DNA of 64,000 bases from a virus. Lineage: Duplodnaviria > Caudoviricetes. Below are positions 30,648-41,013 of the stretch, one piece after another (within the stretch, counting starts at the first letter, position 1; the number at the start of each line of letters is the position of its first letter). The stretch spans positions 5,463 through 69,462 of the IMG/VR virus record IMGVR_UViG_3300046678_000400; one strand, written 5' to 3'. Made by a program: the position numbers and the translations under genes. Below the pieces are notes generated by a model. It was not told the origin of the DNA. It was given only the letters and a program-made list of their open reading frames with translations, and searched no databases.

Positions 30648-31304
30648 ATGACCGCTTTTAATTACTACATGAAAATCAAAGACAGAGTATGTATCTCTTA
30701 TATGGGATACTCACCTGAATACCTTATTCAACTCAGAATGCTCCGCAAAGATATTGAAAGGGAATTTCCAGGTGTTTTGTTTCACTTTGTATGCAAAGAA
30801 CAATACTTGCCATATCTGCAAGGAGATAAAAGTTACTCATCTTCTATAATAGAAAGTGATTATTCATATACAATAAGGATATCATATGATGGCAACAAGT
30901 CAATACATCCTATTCTGAATTTAATACAAGAATCAAGAATCAATGTAGAGAAAAGACCAAGCACAAAATCTGTAACTACAAACGGTATAATATGTCCAGA
31001 AGGAAACTTTCCTATAAACTCATTATCAGTTGATTCTATTCCTAAATTGAAAAGATGGATGTTTGGTAGAGGTTTTAAGCCTATTGTTGTTGGAACTTCT
31101 ATTAATGAAACAAAATTACCTATAGATAGAAGACCATCAATACCAGAACGTATTCAAATGGCTAGAAGTGCAGGATTTGTTATAGGAGTGGAATGTGATA
31201 TGCTCTATGAAGCTATAGACGCTGGCATACCAACTGCGATTATAGGAGATGCTGAACTTTATAAACTCTTCTGCGAAAAGCCTCTATCTATATCACCAAG
31301 TTAA
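30648..31304 (+). CDS. Degenerate GT9-like protein
   Basis: IICPEG, GFVIGVECDMLYEAIDAGIPT resembles the GT9 C-domain. Confidence 0.4.
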   Translation: MTAFNYYMKIKDRVCISYMGYSPEYLIQLRMLRKDIEREFPGVLFHFVCKEQYLPYLQGDKSYSSSIIESDYSYTIRISYDGNKSIHPILNLIQESRINVEKRPSTKSVTTNGIICPEGNFPINSLSVDSIPKLKRWMFGRGFKPIVVGTSINETKLPIDRRPSIPERIQMARSAGFVIGVECDMLYEAIDAGIPTAIIGDAELYKLFCEKPLSISPS

Positions 31305-31402
31305 CCAAAAGCACTATCTAATGTCATATTGCTCCTTGAAAATAAGCTGTAGGTACATAAATAAAATGAGAGCTTATAACTTATCTCAAGGAGAAAATTA
31401 AA

Positions 31403-32008
31403 ATGAGTGTATTTCAAGTAAATTTGACTCAAGGCGTTGGCCGCACGGCACAGGGCGCTCTTGATCCTTCGGTTGTCAATGGTGCATCTATTCAACGTAG
31501 CGTTTGGGTTGCCGGTCCTAATAAGACGAACCGCCAGCTATTCGATGGTGCAACTTTCACTGACGTAAACTATTGGAAGCGTTTTAGTTACGCTGTTACT
31601 GGTAATTATGATACGGCCTTCATCAATGTTTTGACGGATGATGGAAGCACATGGAATGATTTCAGCGATGATAACACATTCCCATACAGCTATTCAACAG
31701 TTCTTCAAGCTGGTGATACCTATACGACACATACTAGTGGTATTCACAGAACACAGTTCAATATTCTAGCCGACACTGGTTCGCCAGCTGTCTTCACGCA
31801 GATTTACAATGCAACGGCTAGCACAGTTGTAAACGTTCGTGTTAATGGTTCGGCTACTGCAATCTTCCCATTGGTTGGTGGAACGACACAGGTATTCGAC
31901 AAGGGTGATTTGCTAATCAATATGTTGGAGTTTGACAACACCAACTCTGGTGCAGTTAACACCACAGTCTATATCTTCTTGGCAGTTCAACAGTCGCCAC
32001 AGTCGTAA
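31403..32008 (+). CDS. Probable highly expressed virion protein
   Basis: AAGGAG RBS, TACATAAATA upstream, Thr/Asn/Gly-rich, own terminator. Confidence 0.55.
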   Translation: MSVFQVNLTQGVGRTAQGALDPSVVNGASIQRSVWVAGPNKTNRQLFDGATFTDVNYWKRFSYAVTGNYDTAFINVLTDDGSTWNDFSDDNTFPYSYSTVLQAGDTYTTHTSGIHRTQFNILADTGSPAVFTQIYNATASTVVNVRVNGSATAIFPLVGGTTQVFDKGDLLINMLEFDNTNSGAVNTTVYIFLAVQQSPQS

Positions 32009-32030
32009 TATAACAACAAACAAAGATTTT

Positions 32031-32061
32031 AAAAGGGTGTATGAAAATACGCCCTTTTTTT
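32031..32061 (+). terminator. Intrinsic terminator
   Basis: AAAAGGGTGTAT-GAAA-ATACGCCCTTTT. Confidence 0.85.
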
Positions 32062-32075
32062 GTCTACATATCTTT

Positions 32076-32975
32076 ATGAACTTCAAAAAGTTTTATATTG
32101 AGGCTATAAATTTCAACTCTAGAGAAGTTATTGTTGCTAAAGGCGAAGTTCTTTATCATGGCACTATAGAATCTTTTGATACTAGAAAAGCACGTCCAAG
32201 TGCATATGATGATATCTTTTGGACATCTGATGATATGAAAATAGCTAGAACATACATTCCAGCTAAAAGCAGTTATATGAACACGTCTCTATCTTCAATT
32301 TTAAGAGACAAAGAGCATGAAGGCATAAGAAAATCATTAGGAATTACACCACAAATAATAAAACATTCTTGGCTAAAACAAGAAGAAGGTTATAATAAAT
32401 TGAAGTATTGGGAAGAAAAATATAAAGAGTTTAATGTAAGATATAAAGAGTTAGAAAGAACTAAATTTGATGACCTAACAGATGAGTTCTTTTCCCAATG
32501 GGCAGAAGCAGAAAAAAACTATAAAAATGCAGAAAAGGAAATGAGATGGCACGATCACTATTTAAAGATATTTGTCATTCATAAAATGAAGGCTTTTGGG
32601 TATGAGCCAACTGGTTATTCTAAGGATTACTTTACAAAGATAATGACTGATGATAAGGGAAATCTTCTTCCAATGACCAATAGGAGCATTGGTAAGGTTC
32701 TAAAAGTTATATGTAATAGAGACTTTAAGTTCTATAACATGGCTTATGGTAAAGAAGGCGACTTAATGGATGTTGATTATCATAAGTTGGATATTTTTAG
32801 GAAAATAGAAGAAAAAGGATATGATGGAGTAATTATAAACGACTTCGCCCAGTCAGAATATCATGGAAACTATGGGCATCTTTCTGTAGGATTCTTCAAG
32901 AGTGCTATGAAGGATTTAACTATCAAACAAATAAGAAATCAGACACACCCTACAGAGAAAGATTGGAAAGATTAA
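32076..32975 (+). CDS. ADP-ribosyltransferase-fold protein (polyvalent ART-like)
   Basis: LYHGT...F...IFWTS....ARTY, and GYDGVIIND; start 5 nt after TACATA. Confidence 0.6.
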   Translation: MNFKKFYIEAINFNSREVIVAKGEVLYHGTIESFDTRKARPSAYDDIFWTSDDMKIARTYIPAKSSYMNTSLSSILRDKEHEGIRKSLGITPQIIKHSWLKQEEGYNKLKYWEEKYKEFNVRYKELERTKFDDLTDEFFSQWAEAEKNYKNAEKEMRWHDHYLKIFVIHKMKAFGYEPTGYSKDYFTKIMTDDKGNLLPMTNRSIGKVLKVICNRDFKFYNMAYGKEGDLMDVDYHKLDIFRKIEEKGYDGVIINDFAQSEYHGNYGHLSVGFFKSAMKDLTIKQIRNQTHPTEKDWKD

Positions 32976-33676
32976 ACTTTCCAATGACGTAAATCTTTAC
33001 CAGTCATTTCTTCTAAGTCTTCAATGTATGGCAAATAATATTCAATCCATTTCTCTCTGTCTTCTTTGCTAAGTTTGAGATTGTTTATTTCTTCGCTTGA
33101 ATGATAGTTAAATTCAAATTTCTTGTTATAGTCATCTGGAATAAATAAATCATCTACTTCTAGGAATTGATACATTTCTTTAATAAATTTAAGTGGGTCT
33201 TTCTTAATATCTTCGTACCATAAAATCTTAATTTGTTCTTTTGGAAAAAGATCATACCACCTACTCAAATGAACCGAATAGATGCTTCTATATCTTACTC
33301 TCCAAAAATTGAAAGCATTATTAAAATCTCCTTTGGTTCTTTTTTCAAATAAAGCATGTTTGTAATTAGAAAAAGCTCTTTCCACTGGATGCCTAAAGAT
33401 TGTTATCATTTTAACCCAAGGGCAAATACTTTTGATATTGCTCATGGCTTCGTAATGATGAAAATAATCAGGTGTCCATTCTCCTATTAATTGTCCATCA
33501 TCTGCTCCTTCAAAGAAAGATTCGTAGGTTTTTTGTTTGAAAAGTGGACTAAAATTGAAATAGTTTAATTCTTTATAGGGGCAATAGATTTGCGGATGTG
33601 CTTTTAGTTGTTCACAAGCCCAACTAGTTCCACATTTAACACAACCAATTCCAAGCCAATCTGGGAGCCGACGCAT
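32972..33676 (-). CDS. Sulfotransferase
   Basis: GCVKCGTSW (5'-PSB loop), KELNYF, GEWTPDY, RHPVERAFSNY (3'-PB). Confidence 0.9.
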   Translation of the reverse strand: MRRLPDWLGIGCVKCGTSWACEQLKAHPQIYCPYKELNYFNFSPLFKQKTYESFFEGADDGQLIGEWTPDYFHHYEAMSNIKSICPWVKMITIFRHPVERAFSNYKHALFEKRTKGDFNNAFNFWRVRYRSIYSVHLSRWYDLFPKEQIKILWYEDIKKDPLKFIKEMYQFLEVDDLFIPDDYNKKFEFNYHSSEEINNLKLSKEDREKWIEYYLPYIEDLEEMTGKDLRHWKV

Positions 33677-33687
33677 AAATAACTTCT

Positions 33688-35547
33688 ATGAGTTTGTTGT
33701 TTCTATCAAATCGTGATGACTTTATTTTATCCTCAGCATATGACTATTTTTCTGAGAGATATGATGGATGCCAATATAATAAAGCTATTTCCAACCAATC
33801 TATTATAATTACAAATTATCCAATAACTACAAACAATAAAATTATTTTTTATGCCACAAACATTTCCAACGTTAATAGCAGACAAATGAGGTCATGGATA
33901 GCTAGCTGTACCTATGTTTTATGTTCATCTTTAGCTATAGCAAAACATTATTTTGACCAATATAGAATGCAATTACCAATTCAATATCCTTATATTAGAG
34001 ATAAAAGTGTTTCTCAATCTAGCATTGTTTACTCTAATAATTTTAAGAATATAGCTGAAATCAAAAAAGAGCTTAAAGAAAATTTTACTGATGATTTGAC
34101 GACGGCTAAAATTTACTTATTATCCTCTAATTTTGATATAGATATAGGATTATGTAAAGCAGCAGTATATGGAGTTCCGGCAGCAGTTGAATATAATCCA
34201 AAATTAAAGGAGTTCATGGAGAATGGAGATGTGTTTATATCTGCGGACTTACCAGTACAGCAAAAAATATCAGTTATTAAAAATTTGATAAAAGAAAATA
34301 AGAAAGCTAAATCTATAAGATATAATAACATGAACACTATGGAAGATAAAATAAAACAAGCTCTCTCAAAAAAGCCAACTACACTGCAACAGGCACAACA
34401 ATTACAAAAATTAAAAGAGAACCAAAAAGAACCAAAAGTTATGAGCAGAACAAGAGAAAGATTGTTGATTCAAAAAAATAGACCATTGGCAAGCATGGAG
34501 CTTCCAGACAAATTAGTAACTGCGAATACATTGTTTGTTAGTGGTGGCATTGTAGGCATTTCTGGATATGATAATTTAGTATATGAAATTGTTAAAGGCA
34601 TGTATTCTTTAAATCTAGATGTTTGCATTAATTATAACAATAATGTTCGTTACGAATATTGTCCTGCTTACTTTAAAAGTATTCACCGACCTAAGCCACC
34701 AGAGGCTAAAGACATTATAATTATTCCTCCATGTTCTTTAAGTGGATTTACTCCCACAAAAAATTCAGTAATTTTAACAATGTGGGAAACAGATTATCTT
34801 GAACAACCTTGGGTTAAAAACTTAAATAAAGCAGCTTTTATAATAGTTCCTAGTCAGTGGGCAGTTGATACCTTTAAGGCTTCTGGAGTTACTGTACCAA
34901 TCTACAAAGTGCCTCTTGGTTACGACCCACTTGTTTTTCACCCAAACAGCAACGTCTCTACAAAAGTTTGCACGTTTGGAACAGCGGCAGCATTAACTTC
35001 TGGAGGACTAAGAAAAAATACTAAACATATTATTAAATTGTTTCAAAAGGCATTTCCAACAGAACAAGATGTGAGATTGAAAATTAAGATAACTCCAAAT
35101 TGTCCTTGGGAACAAGTAGGAGATACTAGAATAGAAGTTAAGAAAATGTTCTTACCACCAATGGATTTGGCAAATTGGTATAGGGGGACTACTGCTTTTG
35201 TTAATTGTTCTTATGCAGAAGGATTTGGATTGCATTTGATAGAATCAATGGCGTGCGGAAGGCCAGTAATAGGTACAAAATATAGCGCAGTTACAGAGTA
35301 TTTCGATGATGAAGTTGGATACCCTGTTAGTCATGAAATTGTAAAAGCATCTGGTGGGGTTTATAGTGGCCATTGGGCAAACCCAGATGATGAATCTGTT
35401 ATTGAACAAATGAGAAGAGTTTATGAAAACATGGACGAGGCTAAAGAAAAAGGTAAAAAGTCATTTTTAAGAGCCAAAAACTTTACTTGGAAAGATACAG
35501 GTTCAAAACTACTAACGATATTAAACAATAATGGTATAATAAAATGA
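33688..35547 (+). CDS. GT4 glycosyltransferase with N-terminal extension
   Basis: TMWETD, IIVPSQW, VPLGYD, EGFGLHLIESMACG. Confidence 0.85.
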   Translation: MSLLFLSNRDDFILSSAYDYFSERYDGCQYNKAISNQSIIITNYPITTNNKIIFYATNISNVNSRQMRSWIASCTYVLCSSLAIAKHYFDQYRMQLPIQYPYIRDKSVSQSSIVYSNNFKNIAEIKKELKENFTDDLTTAKIYLLSSNFDIDIGLCKAAVYGVPAAVEYNPKLKEFMENGDVFISADLPVQQKISVIKNLIKENKKAKSIRYNNMNTMEDKIKQALSKKPTTLQQAQQLQKLKENQKEPKVMSRTRERLLIQKNRPLASMELPDKLVTANTLFVSGGIVGISGYDNLVYEIVKGMYSLNLDVCINYNNNVRYEYCPAYFKSIHRPKPPEAKDIIIIPPCSLSGFTPTKNSVILTMWETDYLEQPWVKNLNKAAFIIVPSQWAVDTFKASGVTVPIYKVPLGYDPLVFHPNSNVSTKVCTFGTAAALTSGGLRKNTKHIIKLFQKAFPTEQDVRLKIKITPNCPWEQVGDTRIEVKKMFLPPMDLANWYRGTTAFVNCSYAEGFGLHLIESMACGRPVIGTKYSAVTEYFDDEVGYPVSHEIVKASGGVYSGHWANPDDESVIEQMRRVYENMDEAKEKGKKSFLRAKNFTWKDTGSKLLTILNNNGIIK

Positions 35548-36554
35548 AAATAGGTATAGCAACTCCAACATTAGTAGAAGGTGATGCAGTTGGCAATGAT
35601 GTAATTGGTATGTATATGACCATTAAAAAAATGGGTCATAATCCAATTCTTTATGCTCATGTCAGCAAGGTTATTCATCCAGTGAAAGACATGCATGATA
35701 TTGAAGATGATCTAGATGTTTTCATCTATCATCATTCTATAGCTTGTGATGTGGGCGTAGAGGCATTTGTTGATTTAGAGTGTCGCAAAATTCTTAAATA
35801 TCATAATATAACTCCACCAGAGTTCTTTAATGATCCTTACATGCAAATGAAGTGTCAATTAGGATTGAATCAATTATCGCAATTATTAGACACTGATTGT
35901 GAGATATGGGTAGACTCTGAGTTTAATGGTTTGGATTTATTTAAAATAAAGCAGTGCAGTTATAAAATCATTCCACCGTTTAATCAGGTTGACATGTTGG
36001 TTGCCGCTGATGCTGATGCTAGAGTAGTTTTGCCTTACAATGATTGGCATAGAAACATTTTGGTTGTAGGAAGAATTGCCCCTAACAAAAATGTAGAAGT
36101 GGCTGTCGATGCTGTCGCAAGATGCAAAAACACCAGACTAATTTTTGTTGGAGATTCAACTGGTGGATATGCTGATAACATTAGAAAAAAAGCTGCTAAT
36201 ATGAAAAATGTTGTTATAACAGATAAGATTGGCATTCCTGCTTTAAAGGCTTTCTATTTAACAGCAGATGTTTTATTAACAACAAGTAAGCACGAAGGAT
36301 TCTGTATACCAGCAGTAGAAGCAATGGCACTAAGCGTTCCTGTTATAGCAAACAACAACTGCGCTTTGCCATACACTTGTGGTGATGCGGCATATTACGC
36401 AAATACGGTAGAAGAAATTGTAAGTGGTATAGATTACGTTATGGAGAATAAATCATCTTTAATTCAAAAAGGACAAGAAAGATTTAGGTCTATGTATCAT
36501 AATCCTTTGATTGAATCCAAGATAGCTTCGGCGTTTAATGATAACTTACCATAA
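35544..36554 (+). CDS. GT4 glycosyltransferase
   Basis: GDAVGND, YHNITPPEFF, VGRIAPNK, SKHEGFCIPAVEAM. Confidence 0.9.
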   Translation: MKIGIATPTLVEGDAVGNDVIGMYMTIKKMGHNPILYAHVSKVIHPVKDMHDIEDDLDVFIYHHSIACDVGVEAFVDLECRKILKYHNITPPEFFNDPYMQMKCQLGLNQLSQLLDTDCEIWVDSEFNGLDLFKIKQCSYKIIPPFNQVDMLVAADADARVVLPYNDWHRNILVVGRIAPNKNVEVAVDAVARCKNTRLIFVGDSTGGYADNIRKKAANMKNVVITDKIGIPALKAFYLTADVLLTTSKHEGFCIPAVEAMALSVPVIANNNCALPYTCGDAAYYANTVEEIVSGIDYVMENKSSLIQKGQERFRSMYHNPLIESKIASAFNDNLP

Positions 36555-37432
36555 AAATTACCATCAGCAACATACAGATTTGAATTTTGTGCTACAATAA
36601 GTTTTCCAAGTTCTTTTTTGTGACTATGGAACATTGCTTTTAGATGATAGACATATCCACTGTCTAGTGGATGTATGCCCTGATAACCTATAACTATATC
36701 AATACCTGGATAGTTATTAATATAAACAATCCATTTATTTCTCAATAAACCAATACGACGAATATCCGTTTGCGGAACATCGAAGCTATGGTCAGGAACT
36801 ATTTCATCTTTAAGTATTTTAGCGATTGGAAGCGGTAAAATGACAAATGTTCCGCTCTTTCCTATTTTGTTTTTAATGCCATCGTTTACACTTGTCACAC
36901 CTGCGATTATTGCGTTTGTAGTAATTTCATTTAAAGATAATTTAGTTTTGGCAGATTGTCCCATTTCTTTGATAATACCACGAGAAAGGGTATCTGAAAG
37001 GTTTAAACTGAGTTCGTTAGAATCTATATCTAAGTTTTTTTCATCATATTTAAAATCATTTCCAAGGTCTTGCATGTGAAGAATGGGCATTGTTTTAAGA
37101 AGTGATTTTCTGGAAAACAATGAATCAATATCGCCAGCCTTACCAAATCTGTAAATTTCATCAACTGCCCCAGTCTGAATGCTAATAATGTTTGGGAGCG
37201 TAAGTAATGTGCGCAATGTTACTGCCAAACTTAACTTTTTTAGATAGTTTGGCATTGCATAAGTTGCACTACCTACAGTGTTATTAGCTACATTTTGCTG
37301 TTTGATAATAATTGCAAATGTGTTTTTCATGTGAGGGTCTAGATCAAAATCCAGAAATTCCCCGGTTTCTTTGGTGATTTTTGTGCCAACATCTGTAATG
37401 TTTTTGTTGTAATCTTTCAAAGCATTGCTCAT
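36497..37432 (-). CDS. Degenerate T4 gp23/gp24-like capsid protein paralog
   Basis: GTFVILP..IAKIL, IGLLRNKWIVYINNY, IVIGYQG..PLDSGYVY match the gp23 C-terminal pattern. Confidence 0.6.
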   Translation of the reverse strand: MSNALKDYNKNITDVGTKITKETGEFLDFDLDPHMKNTFAIIIKQQNVANNTVGSATYAMPNYLKKLSLAVTLRTLLTLPNIISIQTGAVDEIYRFGKAGDIDSLFSRKSLLKTMPILHMQDLGNDFKYDEKNLDIDSNELSLNLSDTLSRGIIKEMGQSAKTKLSLNEITTNAIIAGVTSVNDGIKNKIGKSGTFVILPLPIAKILKDEIVPDHSFDVPQTDIRRIGLLRNKWIVYINNYPGIDIVIGYQGIHPLDSGYVYHLKAMFHSHKKELGKLIVAQNSNLYVADGNFYGKLSLNAEAILDSIKGL

Positions 37433-37451
37433 GGCATTTCACCTATATTTT

Positions 37452-38495
37452 CTAAACCAAAACGTGGTCAATATCGTATTTTACCATAATCTCAGTCAAC
37501 TTTTCAATACCAGTTTTTGCTTCCCATCCAAATTTTTGTTTTGCCTTATTTGAATGGCCAAGCAATAAATCTACTTCTGCTGGACGATAAAATTCAGGAT
37601 TGATTTTGACTAAAAGATTTCCGGTCTTTGCATTATATCCTTTTTCATCCACGCCTTCGCCAACCCAAATTATTTCCATATCAATATGTCTAAATGCTGA
37701 TTCGACAAAAGACCTAACACTTGTTGTCCTGCCAGTTGACAGAATATAAGTATCAGGAGTTGATTGCTGCATCATCTGAAACATACCTTCACAATATTCC
37801 TTAGCGTATCCCCAATCTCTCATAGAATCAAGATTGCCTAATTCAAGTATTGTTGCAAAATCATTTCCTGGTATACAATAGCGGTGAGCAACATTCTTCG
37901 TAATCTTACGTGTTACAAACTCTGGACCACGTAATTCACTTTCATGATTAAACAATATTCCAGAGCAACAAAACATTTTATAACTTTCACGATAATTAAC
38001 TGTCATCCAGTGAGATGCTAGCTTAGCTATTCCATAAGGGGACCGTGGATAGAATGGGCAATTTTCATCATATGGCAATAAGTCTTTATCTACTTTGCCA
38101 AACATTTCACTAGAGCTTGCTTGATAAAATTTTGTTTCTGGAGATATTGTTTTGAGAATGTCTAAAATGTAAGCAACACCCATCAAGTCAATCTGATATG
38201 TTGATATGGGTTGCTTGAATGAAATACCGACAAAAGATTGCGCTGCTAGATTGTAAAATTCATCTGGTTTTATCTCTTTAACAATATTAAAGATATTAGA
38301 ATAATCAAGTAGATCAAAATCTACAAATTCTATTTTAGAGGTAATGCCAAGATAGTTCAATCTGTCAAAATTACGAATAGAATTTCTTCGTATGCCGCCG
38401 TAAACTTTATATCCATTTTCTATAAGACATTTGGATAACCATGCGCCATCCTGCCCAGAAATCCCCGACACGAAACTAGTCTTTTGTTTAGACAT
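37452..38495 (-). CDS. gmd: GDP-mannose 4,6-dehydratase
   Basis: GISGQDG, YNLAAQSFV, YQASSSEMFG, PRSPYGIAK, FNHESELRG.EFVTRK. Confidence 0.95.
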   Translation of the reverse strand: MSKQKTSFVSGISGQDGAWLSKCLIENGYKVYGGIRRNSIRNFDRLNYLGITSKIEFVDFDLLDYSNIFNIVKEIKPDEFYNLAAQSFVGISFKQPISTYQIDLMGVAYILDILKTISPETKFYQASSSEMFGKVDKDLLPYDENCPFYPRSPYGIAKLASHWMTVNYRESYKMFCCSGILFNHESELRGPEFVTRKITKNVAHRYCIPGNDFATILELGNLDSMRDWGYAKEYCEGMFQMMQQSTPDTYILSTGRTTSVRSFVESAFRHIDMEIIWVGEGVDEKGYNAKTGNLLVKINPEFYRPAEVDLLLGHSNKAKQKFGWEAKTGIEKLTEIMVKYDIDHVLV

Positions 38496-38716
38496 TGTTT
38501 AGCCTTTCAATGTATCCATTACACATATGTTTCTCATTATATAACTTGATTGCATCATGCCATTTATTAGTTAATATTAGAAAATTTATTGACTTATAAT
38601 CTTCTTCTTTAAAAAATGAAATATTTTCATCAATTACTTCTTGTACAGCTACTCTCCAGTCAGATACACTATAATCATCGTGATTGCCAGTGAAATCAGT
38701 TATGCGAAGCCAAACT

Positions 38717-39631
38717 TCATTTTTCATGTAATCTTTTCTCCAATTCTTTTGCAATAGCATTTCTTAAATTGCAATAATAAATATGTTTATAAGACTTCTC
38801 GAAATAATCCTTAGCTTTCTTTTTCTGTTTTCCTTTTATAGTTTTAAGTCTTTTAGCCTTAATTGGAATTAAATGAGTAACGTTATCACACAAATCATAA
38901 AAATTTACTGGATGGTGTCCGTGCCAAATACCTAAAGCTGGCGTATTGGTACAACCTGCTGTATGAAGTGGCCCAGAATCAACGCCAATATATAATTTGG
39001 CTTTACTTATAAGCGCTGCTATAGTCCCAGCGCTAGATAATTTCTCACCCTTCCAAATAGGATTATCTACATCTGGGTTGAATATAGTTTTATTATCTGG
39101 TAGTGGAGATTCCCTTTTCCAATCTAATATTACAGGCGTAAATCCATACTTAATAATCCTATTGCATATAAACTCTGCATCTTTATGAGTTAAACTTTTT
39201 GCGTGTTTAAGAGTTTTGGCAAGATAGTGAACTATAATGAATGGTTTTGGTAAAGTAGAAATATAATTAGAAGCTAGAGTTTCTTCTTCTTGGGTTATTG
39301 TAACATTATATCCTTTATAAAGTTCTTCAATAGGTTCTACATGAAAGTAGTTTTGCAAGAATCTTGTTGGTTTAGAAGACGGGAGATTAATGCTGCAAAA
39401 CTCTGGTGGAGGCCAATCAACATCTAATAAATTATCATATTCTCTATAGTCGTATTTGTCTTGTTTTCTTATAAAGATTTTCTTAGCAAAATCTTTAAAA
39501 TAAGATTCCTTTCCTTTACCAACCTCCATGTCTACAGACCAGTCGGGGAAGTAGTGTTTTATGTGTCTTGTTACAATAGTAAATTGGGCATTGTCCCCCA
39601 ACCCGTGCCTCATTCTTAATAACACTTTCAT
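38717..39631 (-). CDS. GT9 heptosyltransferase-like glycosyltransferase
   Basis: HGLGDNAQ, LYIGVDSGPLHTAG. Confidence 0.85.
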   Translation of the reverse strand: MKVLLRMRHGLGDNAQFTIVTRHIKHYFPDWSVDMEVGKGKESYFKDFAKKIFIRKQDKYDYREYDNLLDVDWPPPEFCSINLPSSKPTRFLQNYFHVEPIEELYKGYNVTITQEEETLASNYISTLPKPFIIVHYLAKTLKHAKSLTHKDAEFICNRIIKYGFTPVILDWKRESPLPDNKTIFNPDVDNPIWKGEKLSSAGTIAALISKAKLYIGVDSGPLHTAGCTNTPALGIWHGHHPVNFYDLCDNVTHLIPIKAKRLKTIKGKQKKKAKDYFEKSYKHIYYCNLRNAIAKELEKRLHEK

Positions 39632-39933
39632 ATTATTTTTTTGATGTTTTTTATCTCATCAAATCTTCCTTCTAATGCTAAGTTAATTATCTTTTCTTCT
39701 AACTTTTTACTTATAGTGTGTTTTTTCGGATATTTACCACAATGTTTGTCTTTTAACTGAGGAACAAGTGATTCTAGTGTTGGTTTAAAAGTCGTATAGC
39801 ACTTTGAACAACCAACCCTGCCAATCTCTAATACATATTGCAACAAAGTTCCACATTCACATTTAGTATACTTTGATTGACTTTTAATTTGAAATTGTTG
39901 CTTTAAATCCGATAATAATTTTTCATAATTCAT
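39628..39933 (-). CDS. McsA-like zinc protein (truncated)
   Basis: CECG...GRVGCSKCYTTF...HCGKYPK and a UVR-like tail. Confidence 0.7.
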   Translation of the reverse strand: MNYEKLLSDLKQQFQIKSQSKYTKCECGTLLQYVLEIGRVGCSKCYTTFKPTLESLVPQLKDKHCGKYPKKHTISKKLEEKIINLALEGRFDEIKNIKKII

Positions 39934-40973
39934 TACATCATCCCAGGAAGGACGCCATTACCAAAACCAATACCACCAATTTTAAATGGTCTAATCCCCA
40001 ATCCGTGACTACAACTACCTGCTAAAACATCTTCCCAAAAATCAGGAAATCTAGCGTCATTTGTTGAGGAATTGGAATTATAGATAAGGGGCACATGTGT
40101 TGAGTTTTTGACTATTATATTTGTAGGATAAGTTTTTTCATTAGACAATAGGGCATTTCCCTCAAAAATAAGTTCTATCTGAGTTTTAACTCTGATTGGT
40201 TTAATTTCTTCGATAGAAATAGGACGACTTCGACTTCTTCTTCGGTCGTCATACAAACTTGGTATTTCATATTTTGCAGGAACACCAAGAAGAAAAGGTC
40301 TTTCTTGTTCCCAAAAATTAATGTTGTAATTTCTTTGGTCAATGCGGTAATCGTTGTTAAACAATTCAAAAAACTCAGCAGCACCATCAGGTCCGCAATT
40401 TTGAATAATATCATAGGTCAACAGAATAGCAACAGCCATCCAATAATTTGCAGAACAATATGGTTGCCTTTGGAACTTATTGGCAATTTTCTTTGCCCAT
40501 TCTGATCCAATACGAAAATGAATTTCTATTGGATAACAGATTCCGTGGAGTTGATTATGATAATGTTTTTGAAAATCCAATATGTTTTTGAAGTGATGAC
40601 GAGCAATTCTTTGTGATCGCCCAAAAATAGCCCAAGCTACAGGACTTACATATTCGCTCCCAGCTAAAATAGTCTGATCCTTTGCCATACTATGAAAGAT
40701 TCTTGAAAGCATTAACATGGAGGTTTCTGCATATTCTATCCAATGTTTATGCTTGCGGTGCTCCAGAGGAGTGCCATCATTTACCAAGTTTTCAAAATAC
40801 CACTTGAGCCATTTGATCTTTTTTGCGATAATGACTGGCACATAATATTTGTGAACTTCATAGATTTCGCCCGTGCCCTCGATATGTTCGTAATGAAGTT
40901 TGGTTGTGAAGCCTCTTTCAAATGCTTCTTTGGCATTTTTCTGGTAATATGATAATTGTGAGTTTTGGTACAT
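39933..40973 (-). CDS. Hypothetical protein
   Basis: 346-aa ORF, no recognised motif. Confidence 0.55.
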   Translation of the reverse strand: MYQNSQLSYYQKNAKEAFERGFTTKLHYEHIEGTGEIYEVHKYYVPVIIAKKIKWLKWYFENLVNDGTPLEHRKHKHWIEYAETSMLMLSRIFHSMAKDQTILAGSEYVSPVAWAIFGRSQRIARHHFKNILDFQKHYHNQLHGICYPIEIHFRIGSEWAKKIANKFQRQPYCSANYWMAVAILLTYDIIQNCGPDGAAEFFELFNNDYRIDQRNYNINFWEQERPFLLGVPAKYEIPSLYDDRRRSRSRPISIEEIKPIRVKTQIELIFEGNALLSNEKTYPTNIIVKNSTHVPLIYNSNSSTNDARFPDFWEDVLAGSCSHGLGIRPFKIGGIGFGNGVLPGMM

Positions 40974-41013
40974 AGATAACCCCGTTAACTAACTTAATAA
41001 GCAGAGGTAAAAT

